From positions 1-57,345 of IMG/VR virus record IMGVR_UViG_3300009418_002352: a DNA stretch of 57,345 bases; one strand, given 5' to 3'. The stretch comes from a virus (Duplodnaviria; Caudoviricetes). Positions 20,393-30,251 of the stretch are shown piece after piece (positions within the stretch are counted from its first letter, which is position 1; the number at the start of each line of letters is the position of its first letter). Both the position numbers and the translations under genes were made by a program. The notes beneath the pieces are model-generated. The model was not told the DNA's origin. It saw nothing but the letters and a program-made list of their open reading frames with translations, and searched no databases.

Positions 20393-21083
20393 GATATTTG
20401 CAGATGGTGCTGTACTAGAAGACTTTATAACACTAGACCAAGATGACATTATAAAAGGCTTTACTACTAATCCCTCTTTAATGAGAGCGGCAGGTGTCCC
20501 AAACTATATGGACTTTGCTCGCATATTAACTCGTCTCATCAAGGATAAACCAATCAGTCTTGAAGTATTTGCAAATGATTGGACTGAAATGGAAAGACAA
20601 GCTCGAATACTTGCTCAGTTAGGAGATAATGTATATGTAAAAATACCAATTACTGATACATTTGGAGATTCTACAGAGTATGTAGTCCATAGATTAAGTG
20701 CAGAAGGTATCAAGGTTAACGTAACTGCTATAATGACTACAGACCAAGTTAAAGATATTATAGGATTTACTAATGTAGATGTACCTTGTTACATTTCAGT
20801 CTTTGCAGGACGTATAGCTAATACTGGTATAGACCCTATGCCTATAATGAAGAGATGTGTAGAAATACTAGAGACTAATAACTCTAATGCAGAACTAATA
20901 TGGGCTAGTCCTAGAGAACTTTTAAATATATATCAGGCAGATGAGGTTGGTTGTCACATCATTACAGTTACCAATACTATACTTAGTAACATGTATTTAA
21001 TAGGGAAAGACTTAACGGAATATTCTTTGGAAACTGTTAAAATGTTCTATGACGATGCGGAAGCTTCTAAATATGTGATATAA
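20382..21083 (+). CDS. Transaldolase (TalC/FSA-size, LmbR-like type)
   Basis: IFADGA, GFTTNPSLM, NVYVKIP (Schiff-base Lys), SVFAGRI, WASPRE. Confidence 0.9.
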   Translation: MNIKIFADGAVLEDFITLDQDDIIKGFTTNPSLMRAAGVPNYMDFARILTRLIKDKPISLEVFANDWTEMERQARILAQLGDNVYVKIPITDTFGDSTEYVVHRLSAEGIKVNVTAIMTTDQVKDIIGFTNVDVPCYISVFAGRIANTGIDPMPIMKRCVEILETNNSNAELIWASPRELLNIYQADEVGCHIITVTNTILSNMYLIGKDLTEYSLETVKMFYDDAEASKYVI

Positions 21084-21094
21084 CTATAAATTCA

Positions 21095-21145
21095 TTGACA
21101 CTGTAGGAGTTATATGGTACAATGGATAGACAGTTTTCCTACAGT
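21095..21145 (+). promoter_or_regulatory. Sigma70 promoter with overlapping 9-bp inverted repeat
   Basis: TTGACA-17 nt-TACAAT with TG extension; ACTGTAGGA 21100-21108 and TCCTACAGT 21137-21145. Confidence 0.75.
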
Positions 21146-21159
21146 TTTCAGGGAGTACA

Positions 21160-22851
21160 ATGACAACAGAACAAGTAGACAATTTTGACATTAAATCAGA
21201 TACAGAAATAGTATATGATGAAACATCAAAGATCAGAAAGAAATATACACTAGAAGAAATTGAGGATAAATTAAGAGTAATTGTTCCTGGGTTATATCCA
21301 GAGTGGCGTCCTAATCAATTAACAGTAATACAACAAGTAGTAAACAGTGATAAACAAATAATAGGACTGCAAGCTCCTCCAGGTTATGGTAAATCTGCTA
21401 CAGCCATTGGTGATATGATAATGGGAGATGGCAGAGGAATAGCAGTTACACAGACCAAGCAACTTGGAGATCAATATGTTAGAGATTTCTTTCCAGTAGG
21501 ACTAAAGACAGTTAAAGGACGTGGAAATTTTGCCTGTACTATAATACCTGAAAAAACAGCAGACGTGGCCCCTTGTGTAGCGGGAATTAAATGTATGTAC
21601 AAGGGTGGTGGATGTGACTACTACGATCAAAAGAGAGACGGAGTAGACGCAAAACTATCATCAATGAACATACATTATTTTCTTTATGAGGTAAATTTCT
21701 CAGGACAATTTTCGGATGTAGATGTTTTATTTATAGATGAAGCTCAGAAACTTGAAGGGGCAATGATGAACTTCATCGAAGTTAGATTAAATAAGGCACG
21801 TTATTTCGAAGAGGGTATACCTCTACCTGATAAGATTTCACTTGATACACTGTCAGCATGGGCAGAGAGTGCTGAACCATTAATAAAACGAGAACTACAA
21901 GAAGTATTAGAGGAACTAGAGGAAAATAACACAAATGAAATATTAGCTCTTAGAGGTATTAGATTACAGACAGCTCATAGAAATATTACTAAGTATATTA
22001 ATCTAGTAAATGATACATGGATTATTGAGACAGAAGAGAACAATATTGTTATCAAGCCTACTTTGGTAGGCGAGTACATGGAAAAGTATATTTTCAGACA
22101 TGCTAAAAAGATTGTCTTAATGTCAGCAACACTACCACGTTCTATTATTGAGTCATTTAACATAACAGATTATGAGTATCTCAATGTCCCATCTAGTTTC
22201 TCTCCAACCCAAAGGCCAGCTATATGGATACCTGTTGCTAATTTAGCTCGTTCAGCAGCAGACCCAGGTATGGAGCTAAAGAAACTTACTAATGCTATTG
22301 ATGCTATCCTTAACAAATTTCCAGACCAAAAAGGAATGATACATACTGTTAACTATAAGATTGCTACTCATTTAATGAATAATTCTAAGAATACAAAACG
22401 ATTTAGAACACACAAAGATTCTAATGAACGGTCTGATGTGTTAGAGAAGTTCAAAAATGATAAAGACAATAGTGTGTTGGTTTCTCCCTCCTTTACCGAA
22501 GGTGTGGATTTGCCTTATGATTTATGTAGATTTCAAGTTATTGCTAAGATTCCTTATGAGTCACTAGGTAATCCTCAAGTAAAAGCTCGTATGGATGTAG
22601 ACCCTCAATGGTATGCTACTAATGCTATAGTAACTATGATTCAAGCATATGGTAGAGCAATGAGAGCAGAGGATGATGAAGGTATCACTTATATTTTGGA
22701 CTCATCTTTGATGAACTTAATTAATAGATGGAGGACAGTATTTGATAACATGACATATTTCCTAGATGCTTTATGGATTATGGATGAATCCAAATTAATT
22801 CCATTTAGCGAGTTCGACTCTAGGCCAAAAAATAATAGGAGGAAGTATTGA
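21160..22851 (+). CDS. DinG/XPD/Rad3-like SF2 helicase
   Basis: WRPNQ Q-motif, APPGYGKS, KGRGNFAC with four Cys, DEAQ, MSAT, EGVD, QAYGRAMR. Confidence 0.9.
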   Translation: MTTEQVDNFDIKSDTEIVYDETSKIRKKYTLEEIEDKLRVIVPGLYPEWRPNQLTVIQQVVNSDKQIIGLQAPPGYGKSATAIGDMIMGDGRGIAVTQTKQLGDQYVRDFFPVGLKTVKGRGNFACTIIPEKTADVAPCVAGIKCMYKGGGCDYYDQKRDGVDAKLSSMNIHYFLYEVNFSGQFSDVDVLFIDEAQKLEGAMMNFIEVRLNKARYFEEGIPLPDKISLDTLSAWAESAEPLIKRELQEVLEELEENNTNEILALRGIRLQTAHRNITKYINLVNDTWIIETEENNIVIKPTLVGEYMEKYIFRHAKKIVLMSATLPRSIIESFNITDYEYLNVPSSFSPTQRPAIWIPVANLARSAADPGMELKKLTNAIDAILNKFPDQKGMIHTVNYKIATHLMNNSKNTKRFRTHKDSNERSDVLEKFKNDKDNSVLVSPSFTEGVDLPYDLCRFQVIAKIPYESLGNPQVKARMDVDPQWYATNAIVTMIQAYGRAMRAEDDEGITYILDSSLMNLINRWRTVFDNMTYFLDALWIMDESKLIPFSEFDSRPKNNRRKY

Positions 22852-23113
22852 TACATACCAGGTAAATAAAGAAGAACGAGGTGCAAGCAAACCAGCTAGA
22901 GAATCAACCAAGGCATTTTATTTCAGGGATACATTGAGAGAAATACAGGTAGGAACTACTGTCAATCTAGACCACAAGAAGTTTTATTGTGAAGGTTGGG
23001 GACAAAGATGTACTCTTTCACATTATGCATTTCAGTTAAAAAGGAAAGGAGAAGGTGAGTGGAAAATTAGACATATCGAATCTGGACTAGCTGAAGTAAC
23101 TAGAATTAAGTAG
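22847..23113 (+). CDS. Hypothetical protein with probable ATT start (not in ORF track)
   Basis: GGAGG SD then an 88-codon open frame (IDTYQVNKEERG...AEVTRIK) filling the gap. Confidence 0.55.
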   Translation: MDTYQVNKEERGASKPARESTKAFYFRDTLREIQVGTTVNLDHKKFYCEGWGQRCTLSHYAFQLKRKGEGEWKIRHIESGLAEVTRIK

Positions 23114-23120
23114 AGAAATA

Positions 23121-23552
23121 ATGTCCGAAGAAGAACTTAGAGAATTAACAGTATTTGGTGAAAAAACCTTCAAGATTAAAGTTTCAAAGGATTCTAAAAT
23201 AACATTTAGTCCTTGGAGTCCAGGAGATAAGTACGGAAACAGTGGTAAAAATACAGGTACTTTAAGAATTTATGAAAAAGGAGAAAAAAGCACAGTATTA
23301 GCTATGTTTTCAGGTGTAACATCTTTCAGAGATACCGAGTTAGATTATATGGAACAAGTAACTATTGAACAAGGAGCAACAGTATGGCATAGCGACCAAA
23401 ATGGATATTCAAGAGAAGATAAGTCATCTAGTGAGAGGCAATGGGTTGACCCAAAGGATGAACATATAGCATTACCAGAGCCTGAATCAATTGAAAGTTT
23501 AGGACAACGATTAGATTTATTGAAACAAATAAAACAAATGGAGAGTGCATAA
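23121..23552 (+). CDS. Hypothetical phage protein
   Basis: 143 aa ORF in operon context. Confidence 0.7.
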   Translation: MSEEELRELTVFGEKTFKIKVSKDSKITFSPWSPGDKYGNSGKNTGTLRIYEKGEKSTVLAMFSGVTSFRDTELDYMEQVTIEQGATVWHSDQNGYSREDKSSSERQWVDPKDEHIALPEPESIESLGQRLDLLKQIKQMESA

Positions 23553-24273
23553 CATGGTAATGGACAATCTTAGTTTAGATATTGGTGAACTTAACGCTCA
23601 GGCTGAACTAGAGTCTCTTATGCCAGCAGAATGTGTTGGTAGCGAGTATAAGGATATTACTTTTACTAATAGGGATGATGGAAGTACTGGAATTCGTAGA
23701 GCTTGGCAGCTACAATGGGATAGACTTGATATAGACACTACAGGAGCTTCTGGACAAAAATATCTGTATCAATCTACTCATAACTTTCCAGCAGAAGGTC
23801 AAATGAGAAGGTCCACACTAAAGAAGCAAGTTGATAGTTTTGCTAAGGTAGGGTTGAAAGGGAAGAATCCAGAGGACTTTCTTGGTGTTAAGCATTGGAT
23901 TAGAGAAATGGTAGAAAGTGCAGGAACTCAGTATGAAAAGTCTTGGTGGAGGTCAGAAGCCTTGTATGTAGAAGGTCAAACTTATGAAGAGGCAATGAAT
24001 GGTGGAGCAGTATCAGTTAATCTCAATCCTCCAACTTCTAGTAATGGTGCTACTGAATCTGAGCCTGAAACAAGTGAAGAAGCACAATCTCAATATGACC
24101 TTTTATTGCAAACAGTCGATGGAAAAACTATGAGGACAGCACTAACAGCATTGCGTGCTGAAGAGGGAATACCAGAAGAGATGGTTAACGCCTTCCAATC
24201 AGGAACACTCCAAGATGATCTCATTGCTCAAGGCTTTATGACCGAAGTCGACGGTAAGTACGCAAAAGTTTAA
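23545..24273 (+). CDS. Hypothetical protein, possible ssDNA-binding protein
   Basis: Beta-rich aromatic N-domain, acidic linker, downstream of helicase; function inferred only. Confidence 0.45.
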   Translation: MHNMVMDNLSLDIGELNAQAELESLMPAECVGSEYKDITFTNRDDGSTGIRRAWQLQWDRLDIDTTGASGQKYLYQSTHNFPAEGQMRRSTLKKQVDSFAKVGLKGKNPEDFLGVKHWIREMVESAGTQYEKSWWRSEALYVEGQTYEEAMNGGAVSVNLNPPTSSNGATESEPETSEEAQSQYDLLLQTVDGKTMRTALTALRAEEGIPEEMVNAFQSGTLQDDLIAQGFMTEVDGKYAKV

Positions 24274-24473
24274 TTAAAGGAGGTGGCTATTATAGAGGAC
24301 TCAACTCCTCAGGTAATAATGTGGGTGGTGTCAAGAGTGTCCACCTTAATCATAAGTCTCGATTAATACTTAGGCCCACATATTAAATATAGGAGAAAAT
24401 TCTAAGAATTAACGAAAATAATTACGCCAGAATAAATCATATTAATAAGTATAAAGAAGAAGTAGATAAAGAT

Positions 24474-24689
24474 GTGTCATTAGAAATGGAAAGAGCTATA
24501 ATACTTAATGGAGGTTTTCATAGCTATCACGAAGGATATGTAGTTTTACTAGAGGAAGTAGATGAACTATGGGATGAAGTTAAAGCTCATGAACATGACC
24601 CTAACAAGATATACAAAGAAGCAATACAAGTAATAGCAATGGCTAGAGAACTAGCTTTGTGTGCTATGCACGATATAAAAGAGGAATAA
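24474..24689 (+). CDS. MazG-like all-alpha NTP pyrophosphatase
   Basis: FHSYHEGYVVLLEEVDELWDEVK...EAIQVIAMA. Confidence 0.65.
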   Translation: MSLEMERAIILNGGFHSYHEGYVVLLEEVDELWDEVKAHEHDPNKIYKEAIQVIAMARELALCAMHDIKEE

Positions 24690-25309
24690 ATGATTAGCGA
24701 TGAACGTAAGGCAGAAATAGCTTCCTTAAAAAATAAAGATATGATAGAGGAAGGAATATCTTTACAAGATAAAGCAAACGCATTTTATGAAGAATTAAAG
24801 TTTTTAAAATTTCAACTATTAAGGCGTATGAGAGATGACAAGGCTACTACTTTTCCACATCCTGAAATAGAATGCACAGCTAAAAAGGATAATACATCTT
24901 GGGACTATAATACTCTCAGACCAATATTAGAGTTATTAGATAAATCTGATATCGAAGCATTTTACTCTCCAGAACATGAAGAAACCATAATAGTGGAAGA
25001 GAAATATGATATGAGAATAGGAAAAGGATATTTAAAATATGGAGGTGAGGTCAAGGAAATAATAGAACGTGCTACTCAACCAGGTGAAATTAAGGATGTG
25101 ATTCTTAAACGCAAGGGTTAGTCATGGTCATGGAACTACAAGTATTTTTAAAAGAGTGTCCACATTGCAAGACTGGTGATTTATTCATAGAGGAATCTAT
25201 AAATAATGATATTGGTAGAATGTATTACTTAAAATGTATTCAGTGTGGATGGGATAAGGATATTACAAATCAAGTAAGGGGTTTTGATGCCACACCAAAC
25301 CAAACCTAA
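24690..25309 (+). CDS. Hypothetical protein (24690-25121) and zinc-ribbon protein (25124-25309)
   Basis: Second ORF has CPHC...CIQCG. Confidence 0.6.
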
Positions 25310-26141
25310 AGTCTTTTGCATTGGTGAAACTAAGATTAATCGTGATGAGCTAAAGGCTTATCTAGAATCGCTAGGAGTTCCAGAATGGGAGTCTGATGCT
25401 ACAGATGATGTATCAGAACTTATAGAGATAGAAGGTAGAGGATGTTATTTAAGCTTTGGAACTGAAATGAATGATAACATTAATAGAGTACGTAAAACTA
25501 ATGAAGACTACATTGATAACATTATCAAAGTAAAACATGGCTCTGTATTAGAACATGCCTTTCTTAACTTTCAAATACTAGATGCATCCCGTGTCTTTAC
25601 ACATGAAGTAGTTAGGCATTGAGCAGGTACAGCAAAGAGCCAGGAGTCTCTTAGATTTGTTAGAGCTAATGATTTAGGTTATTGGATTCCTAAATGTTTT
25701 CAAGGTGAAATGTTCAGGGAATATGAGGAACTTTTTGAAAGACACTTTATGTTTAGTGAATCAACGTATAAAGAAGCATTAATACTTGCTTCAAAAGAAG
25801 AACTATTTCAATCTGGTAAAGAATGGTTAGGAAAAACTAACGAAGATTATATAGAACACTTTAATACCTTATCTATGTCTCTTAAAAAGAAATATACATC
25901 TGCTGCTCGTAGATTCTTACCAATAGGTATGGCTACTAAGATAGGATATTCATGTAATATAAGAAGTTTACGTACAGTATTAGAACAGCGTACACATCCT
26001 GAGTCAGAAGAAGAAATTAGATTTGTATTTGATAAGATAGGTCAGATAGCTCAACTACGCTGGCCTTTCCTTTTTAAGGACTACACGCCAGAATTAGTAG
26101 ATGGATATCTTTGGTTCAAAACAGAAAATGTGAAGGTTTAG
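25287..26141 (+). pseudogene. thyX: Flavin-dependent thymidylate synthase interrupted by one in-frame TGA (25620-25622)
   Basis: HGSVLEH, SRVFTHEVVRH*AGTAKSQESLRFVR, ARRFLP, NIRSLR, EEEIR all in one frame. Confidence 0.88.
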
Positions 26142-26322
26142 ATATGAAGGAGATAGCTGAAACGCTACCAGAAACTGATGACTTTACACAAACATGTGGA
26201 GTAGGAGAATGCTTTCATTGTGGAATAACAAGAGAAGTATCAGAATGCAAGCATTGTGAAGTTATTATCTGTAATGAGTGTAGACCAGACCATATGTTTA
26301 GTTCAAGTGAGGGACACAGATA

Positions 26323-26700
26323 ATGGATGAATTGAAAGTATTTATAGCAGCACCTTATCCTCTAAAAGATTTAGCTAAAGGTCACTCAAAGTTTATAGAA
26401 TCTCATGGAATAGAGGTAGTATCTCGATGGCATAATGTTCCACCATTAAAAGACTATAAACAAGCAGCATTAGATGATATATATGACCTAGATAGAGCAA
26501 ATACTTTTGTAATATTAAAGGACAATGATTTAGGAAATGGTGGAAAGGATATAGAGTTTGGTTATGCTATAGCAAAAGGGTATAACTTATGTGTAGTCTC
26601 GTACTCTGGGCCTAAATGTATATATGACTATTTAGAACAAGTAACAGTTGTGCCCACTCAATCATCAGTGATAAATTGGTTGGACACATTAAATGAGTAG
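26323..26700 (+). CDS. Nucleoside 2-deoxyribosyltransferase-like protein
   Basis: VFIAAPY, DIYDLDRA, GKDIEFGYAIAKG. Confidence 0.7.
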   Translation: MDELKVFIAAPYPLKDLAKGHSKFIESHGIEVVSRWHNVPPLKDYKQAALDDIYDLDRANTFVILKDNDLGNGGKDIEFGYAIAKGYNLCVVSYSGPKCIYDYLEQVTVVPTQSSVINWLDTLNE

Positions 26701-26986
26701 TTCATACTATATACATGCAACAAGAGGAGATTTACCTCACTATCATAGATACATTGGTGGAAATTCAGTTGGTATAGATTTACAACAACTCTTTGATAAA
26801 CAAAGATACACTGAAATAAAAATAGAGCCAGGATGGGATATATTTGTAACAACTTACTCAGATATAATAGATATGCTAGAAAATATGAGTTCCAATTATG
26901 TTGGTGTATCTGAAAGAGAAATAATTATTCAAGAAATAAAAAGCAAGGACGAATATTGTAAATGGTGTATATGGTATGAATACTAA
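26693..26986 (+). CDS. Hypothetical protein
   Basis: Overlapping ORF in operon. Confidence 0.55.
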   Translation: MSSSYYIHATRGDLPHYHRYIGGNSVGIDLQQLFDKQRYTEIKIEPGWDIFVTTYSDIIDMLENMSSNYVGVSEREIIIQEIKSKDEYCKWCIWYEY

Positions 26987-27305
26987 GAATACAGTAGTTG
27001 AACAACTATATGAAGTATTAAAGTTGACTGAAGGTCAATTATCTAAAGAGTATATTTATATAGTGTTAGAGGATATCAAAACCTTTGATAAGAAACAACA
27101 TGATTATGGCCCAGGTAACATAGCAGGTTTTGGAGAGCAAGGTGTTCTAGTAAGAGTTAGTGATAAGATAGCCAGAGTAAAGAACTTAATATGGGGAGAG
27201 AAAAGAACACCCGCAAACGAATCAATAGAAGATAGTTGGGGTGATACCTCTGTATATGGAGTAATAGCTAGACTATGTAGGCGAGGCTTGTGGCCCGGAG
27301 CTTAA
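26976..27305 (+). CDS. Nucleotide-modification-associated domain protein (Nmad1/DUF1599-like)
   Basis: KKQHDYG, GVLVRVSDKIARVKNL, NESIEDSWGD...YGVI. Confidence 0.75.
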   Translation: MNTKNTVVEQLYEVLKLTEGQLSKEYIYIVLEDIKTFDKKQHDYGPGNIAGFGEQGVLVRVSDKIARVKNLIWGEKRTPANESIEDSWGDTSVYGVIARLCRRGLWPGA

Positions 27306-27508
27306 ATGGAAAATTCTGTTTTAGCAGACGTAGAAGTAATAAGAATCCATATCAAGAACATTATTGAAGGAAGAAGACTAGAGGACTTACCATCATATCC
27401 ACATGTAATACTAATTGGTTTCTTTCGTAGGATATACTTTGATGAAGAATTATCAGCAGTAATAGAGATTTTACAAGACAAAGAAAGGTCAGACTACTAT
27501 GAGAAGAA

Positions 27509-28228
27509 ATGAACAAACAACACTTTAAAGATGATTTAATAACTCTATATACTAGAACAGACCATTCTATGCCAGAGATAGAAAGTAAAACTATTGATGT
27601 TATCTTATGTGACCCACCATATGGTGTCAAGTATCAAAGCCATACCCGTGTTGCTACTCCTCTCTTTTCAAATATGGCAGATGATGATAATCTTTCTTGG
27701 GTTCCTGAATTCTTAACAGAGGCATATCGGGTTCTTAAAGATCCAGGAGCTTTAGTTCTTTTTACTAGATGGGATGTATATGGTGATTGGCAAGGATATG
27801 TTGAGGAAGCTAAGTTTAATCTTAAACAAGTATGGCACTGGGACAAGAGCGACAGCGCAGGCGGCACAGGAGATCTTGATGGAGCACTCTATGAAGTCTT
27901 CGAATGGATAATATATGCTACCAAGGGACGTTATAGAATGCATAGCAAGCGGCGTTCTAATGCTTTTAGGTATCAACGTGGTTCAAATAAAGAACGATGG
28001 CATCCTATACAAAAGCCAGAAGCCTTACTACAAGATATATTACAAGTGTTGTGCGAGGGTAAAGACAAACCAATTATACTAGACCCATACTCTGGTAGTG
28101 GAAGTACCCTTATGGCAGCAAAGAAATTAGGTGTTAGAGCAGTAGGATATGAATTACCTCCAGATGAAAATCAGCAGTATGCTGATAGAATGAAAGAGAG
28201 ATTTCAGCAAAGTGTGATGATGTTATGA
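27509..28228 (+). CDS. N4/N6 DNA methyltransferase (beta class)
   Basis: DPPYG, HPIQKP, ILDPYSGSGST. Confidence 0.9.
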   Translation: MNKQHFKDDLITLYTRTDHSMPEIESKTIDVILCDPPYGVKYQSHTRVATPLFSNMADDDNLSWVPEFLTEAYRVLKDPGALVLFTRWDVYGDWQGYVEEAKFNLKQVWHWDKSDSAGGTGDLDGALYEVFEWIIYATKGRYRMHSKRRSNAFRYQRGSNKERWHPIQKPEALLQDILQVLCEGKDKPIILDPYSGSGSTLMAAKKLGVRAVGYELPPDENQQYADRMKERFQQSVMML

Positions 28229-28444
28229 AGATTAATCAGACTACTACAGAATCTATACAAAATACACTTAAAGATATTATTACTCCTGAACAACTAAATG
28301 CATAGAAGTAAGATCAGCAGCATGGAATAGGACACATGATAGAATAATGCATGATTCAAATGGTATGCGCTCTGATATATATGCTCTAGTAATTCAAAAT
28401 GATGGAGTCTATTACGAACCACCCCTAGATTAGCTAGGGATAGG

Positions 28445-28550
28445 TCATAAAACGTTTCTAACGTTGTTTTAGGGGGTTAAATATGTTCCCAGGTATCCTA
28501 GACCGCAAATCCAGGAAATCGCCTGTACGGGCGTTACATGCAGGCTCTCA
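28445..28550. repeat. Dispersed periodic intergenic element, copy B
   Basis: AAAACGTTTCTAACG 28449, TAGGGGGT, CAGGTATC, ACATGCA 28536; colinear with copy A. Confidence 0.75.
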
Positions 28551-28553
28551 GTT

Positions 28554-29123
28554 ATGCTAGGATCAAAAGGAATAGAAAAAGCTCTTAGCAAAGGTGAAAT
28601 AGAAATACTCCCATTTTTTCCTAGACAACTTAATCCTAACTCATATGATATTACATTAGGTAACTGGTTCGCTCTACCTAATGTTTATAACTCCCCAATC
28701 AATTTAGACTTAGAAGAAAGTGTATACTATGTATGGCAAGATCCAATTTTCGTTAGTAGCGAAAATACATTAGTATTAGAGCCTGGTATGTGTATCTTAA
28801 CTCACACTCAAGAATTTATTGGTTCTCGTAAACATGCTATGTTACTTAAAGCTCGTAGTACATTTGGTAGACTCTTTATAGATGTATGTCCTTCTGCTGG
28901 TTTTGGAGATATAGGATATGTTAATAGGTGGACATTAGAAATAAAGAATAACTCTGATAACCACTATATATTGAAACCTCATATGAGAGTAGGACAAATA
29001 TCATTTTTAGAAATTAAAGGAATAGGTATTACCTATTCAGGAGCTTATGTTCAAAGAGAATATATTCATAATTGGAAACCTGAAGATATGTTACCTAAAC
29101 TTGGTACAGATAGAGTATTTTAA
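28554..29123 (+). CDS. dcd: dCTP deaminase
   Basis: LNPNSYDITLG, ARSTFGR, GDIGY, TLEIKN, VGQISF. Confidence 0.88.
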   Translation: MLGSKGIEKALSKGEIEILPFFPRQLNPNSYDITLGNWFALPNVYNSPINLDLEESVYYVWQDPIFVSSENTLVLEPGMCILTHTQEFIGSRKHAMLLKARSTFGRLFIDVCPSAGFGDIGYVNRWTLEIKNNSDNHYILKPHMRVGQISFLEIKGIGITYSGAYVQREYIHNWKPEDMLPKLGTDRVF

Positions 29124-29360
29124 ATGTTAACTTCTGTAGTATCTTATCCAGATAGAGGCCCATAAGTGTGGTTAGTTAATAAGTTATTCCCATGTAGTAT
29201 AGAAGTATTAAAACATAACTTTGCACCTCATGTTTCTGAGGTTGCAATAATAAGATATGAAAATATATATAATGATAATGCAATAATGCCTATATACAAT
29301 AATTATGAAGATGCAGTAAAAGATTTTCCTAATGAAACTATTATAGAGATCAAAAAATAA

Positions 29361-30251
29361 ATGGATGATATTTTAGTTCAAAGTCATCATCGTAAACAAG
29401 CTTGGAATAGATGTAAGTTCAAGCACTGGGTTCATTATGAGTTGCGTAAACGTAAACCTCGTAATAATGTTGACTTTATATTTGGAGAATCTATACATGA
29501 TGCTTTGCGTTTATATTACTCAACTAACAGAACAGAACCATTTGAAAGTGTATTAAAACAATTCAAGCTTAGAATGATAACCGAGTCTGATGATATGGTA
29601 CTCAATAATGAGATAGAGGTATGGACTAAATCAGGAGCAACCATATTAGATAGATATTACTCTCAGACTAAAGACGCAGAAACATTTAAAGATATTCAGA
29701 CAGAACATTCTTTCTTTTTGTGCATAACACAAGAAGGCAGAATACTATGTGACTCTAGAGATATACCAAAAGAAACATTTACTGTACTAGCAGGAAAGAT
29801 TGATTTAATAATTGATACTCCAGACGGTATATATTTAGTAGACCATAAGACTACTAGGCAAAAATACGATGACTTCATGAATCAATTTGCTATTGATGAG
29901 CAACTACTAGATTATTCTATTTGGGGAAGGTGGAAATATGGTGATAGATTTAAAGGAGTAATGGTTAATGGTATCAATAAAGACATATCATCACCCAATA
30001 CAATCTTTAGAAGGTGGTTTGGATTTACTGATTATGAAATAGATTATGCATTAGAGTCTTATATAGATTCTGCACAAGAGTATTATATATTGCGTCAAGC
30101 TCCTCATTTAATGCAACAAAGAGAGATTCAATTCGACTGTACACGATGTGAAGATTTAGATGTCAGTATGGCATATAGAAAAGGAGAAGACTTCCATCAG
30201 CTACTCGATTTGTATTATGAGGACATAGAAGTATTTGACTGGGAAGAGTAA
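29361..30251 (+). CDS. PD-(D/E)XK exonuclease (RecB/Cas4-like)
   Basis: FGESIH, GKIDL, LVDHKT, QLLDY, C-terminal CTRC. Confidence 0.8.
   Translation: MDDILVQSHHRKQAWNRCKFKHWVHYELRKRKPRNNVDFIFGESIHDALRLYYSTNRTEPFESVLKQFKLRMITESDDMVLNNEIEVWTKSGATILDRYYSQTKDAETFKDIQTEHSFFLCITQEGRILCDSRDIPKETFTVLAGKIDLIIDTPDGIYLVDHKTTRQKYDDFMNQFAIDEQLLDYSIWGRWKYGDRFKGVMVNGINKDISSPNTIFRRWFGFTDYEIDYALESYIDSAQEYYILRQAPHLMQQREIQFDCTRCEDLDVSMAYRKGEDFHQLLDLYYEDIEVFDWEE

Noticed and set aside
25620-25680. Selenocysteine at the thyX TGA
   Set aside because: The position is a conserved Arg, not Cys, and no clear SECIS-like hairpin follows
29361-30251. Cas4 as part of a CRISPR system
   Set aside because: No other cas genes; pairing with a Sak4-like ATPase indicates a recombination exonuclease
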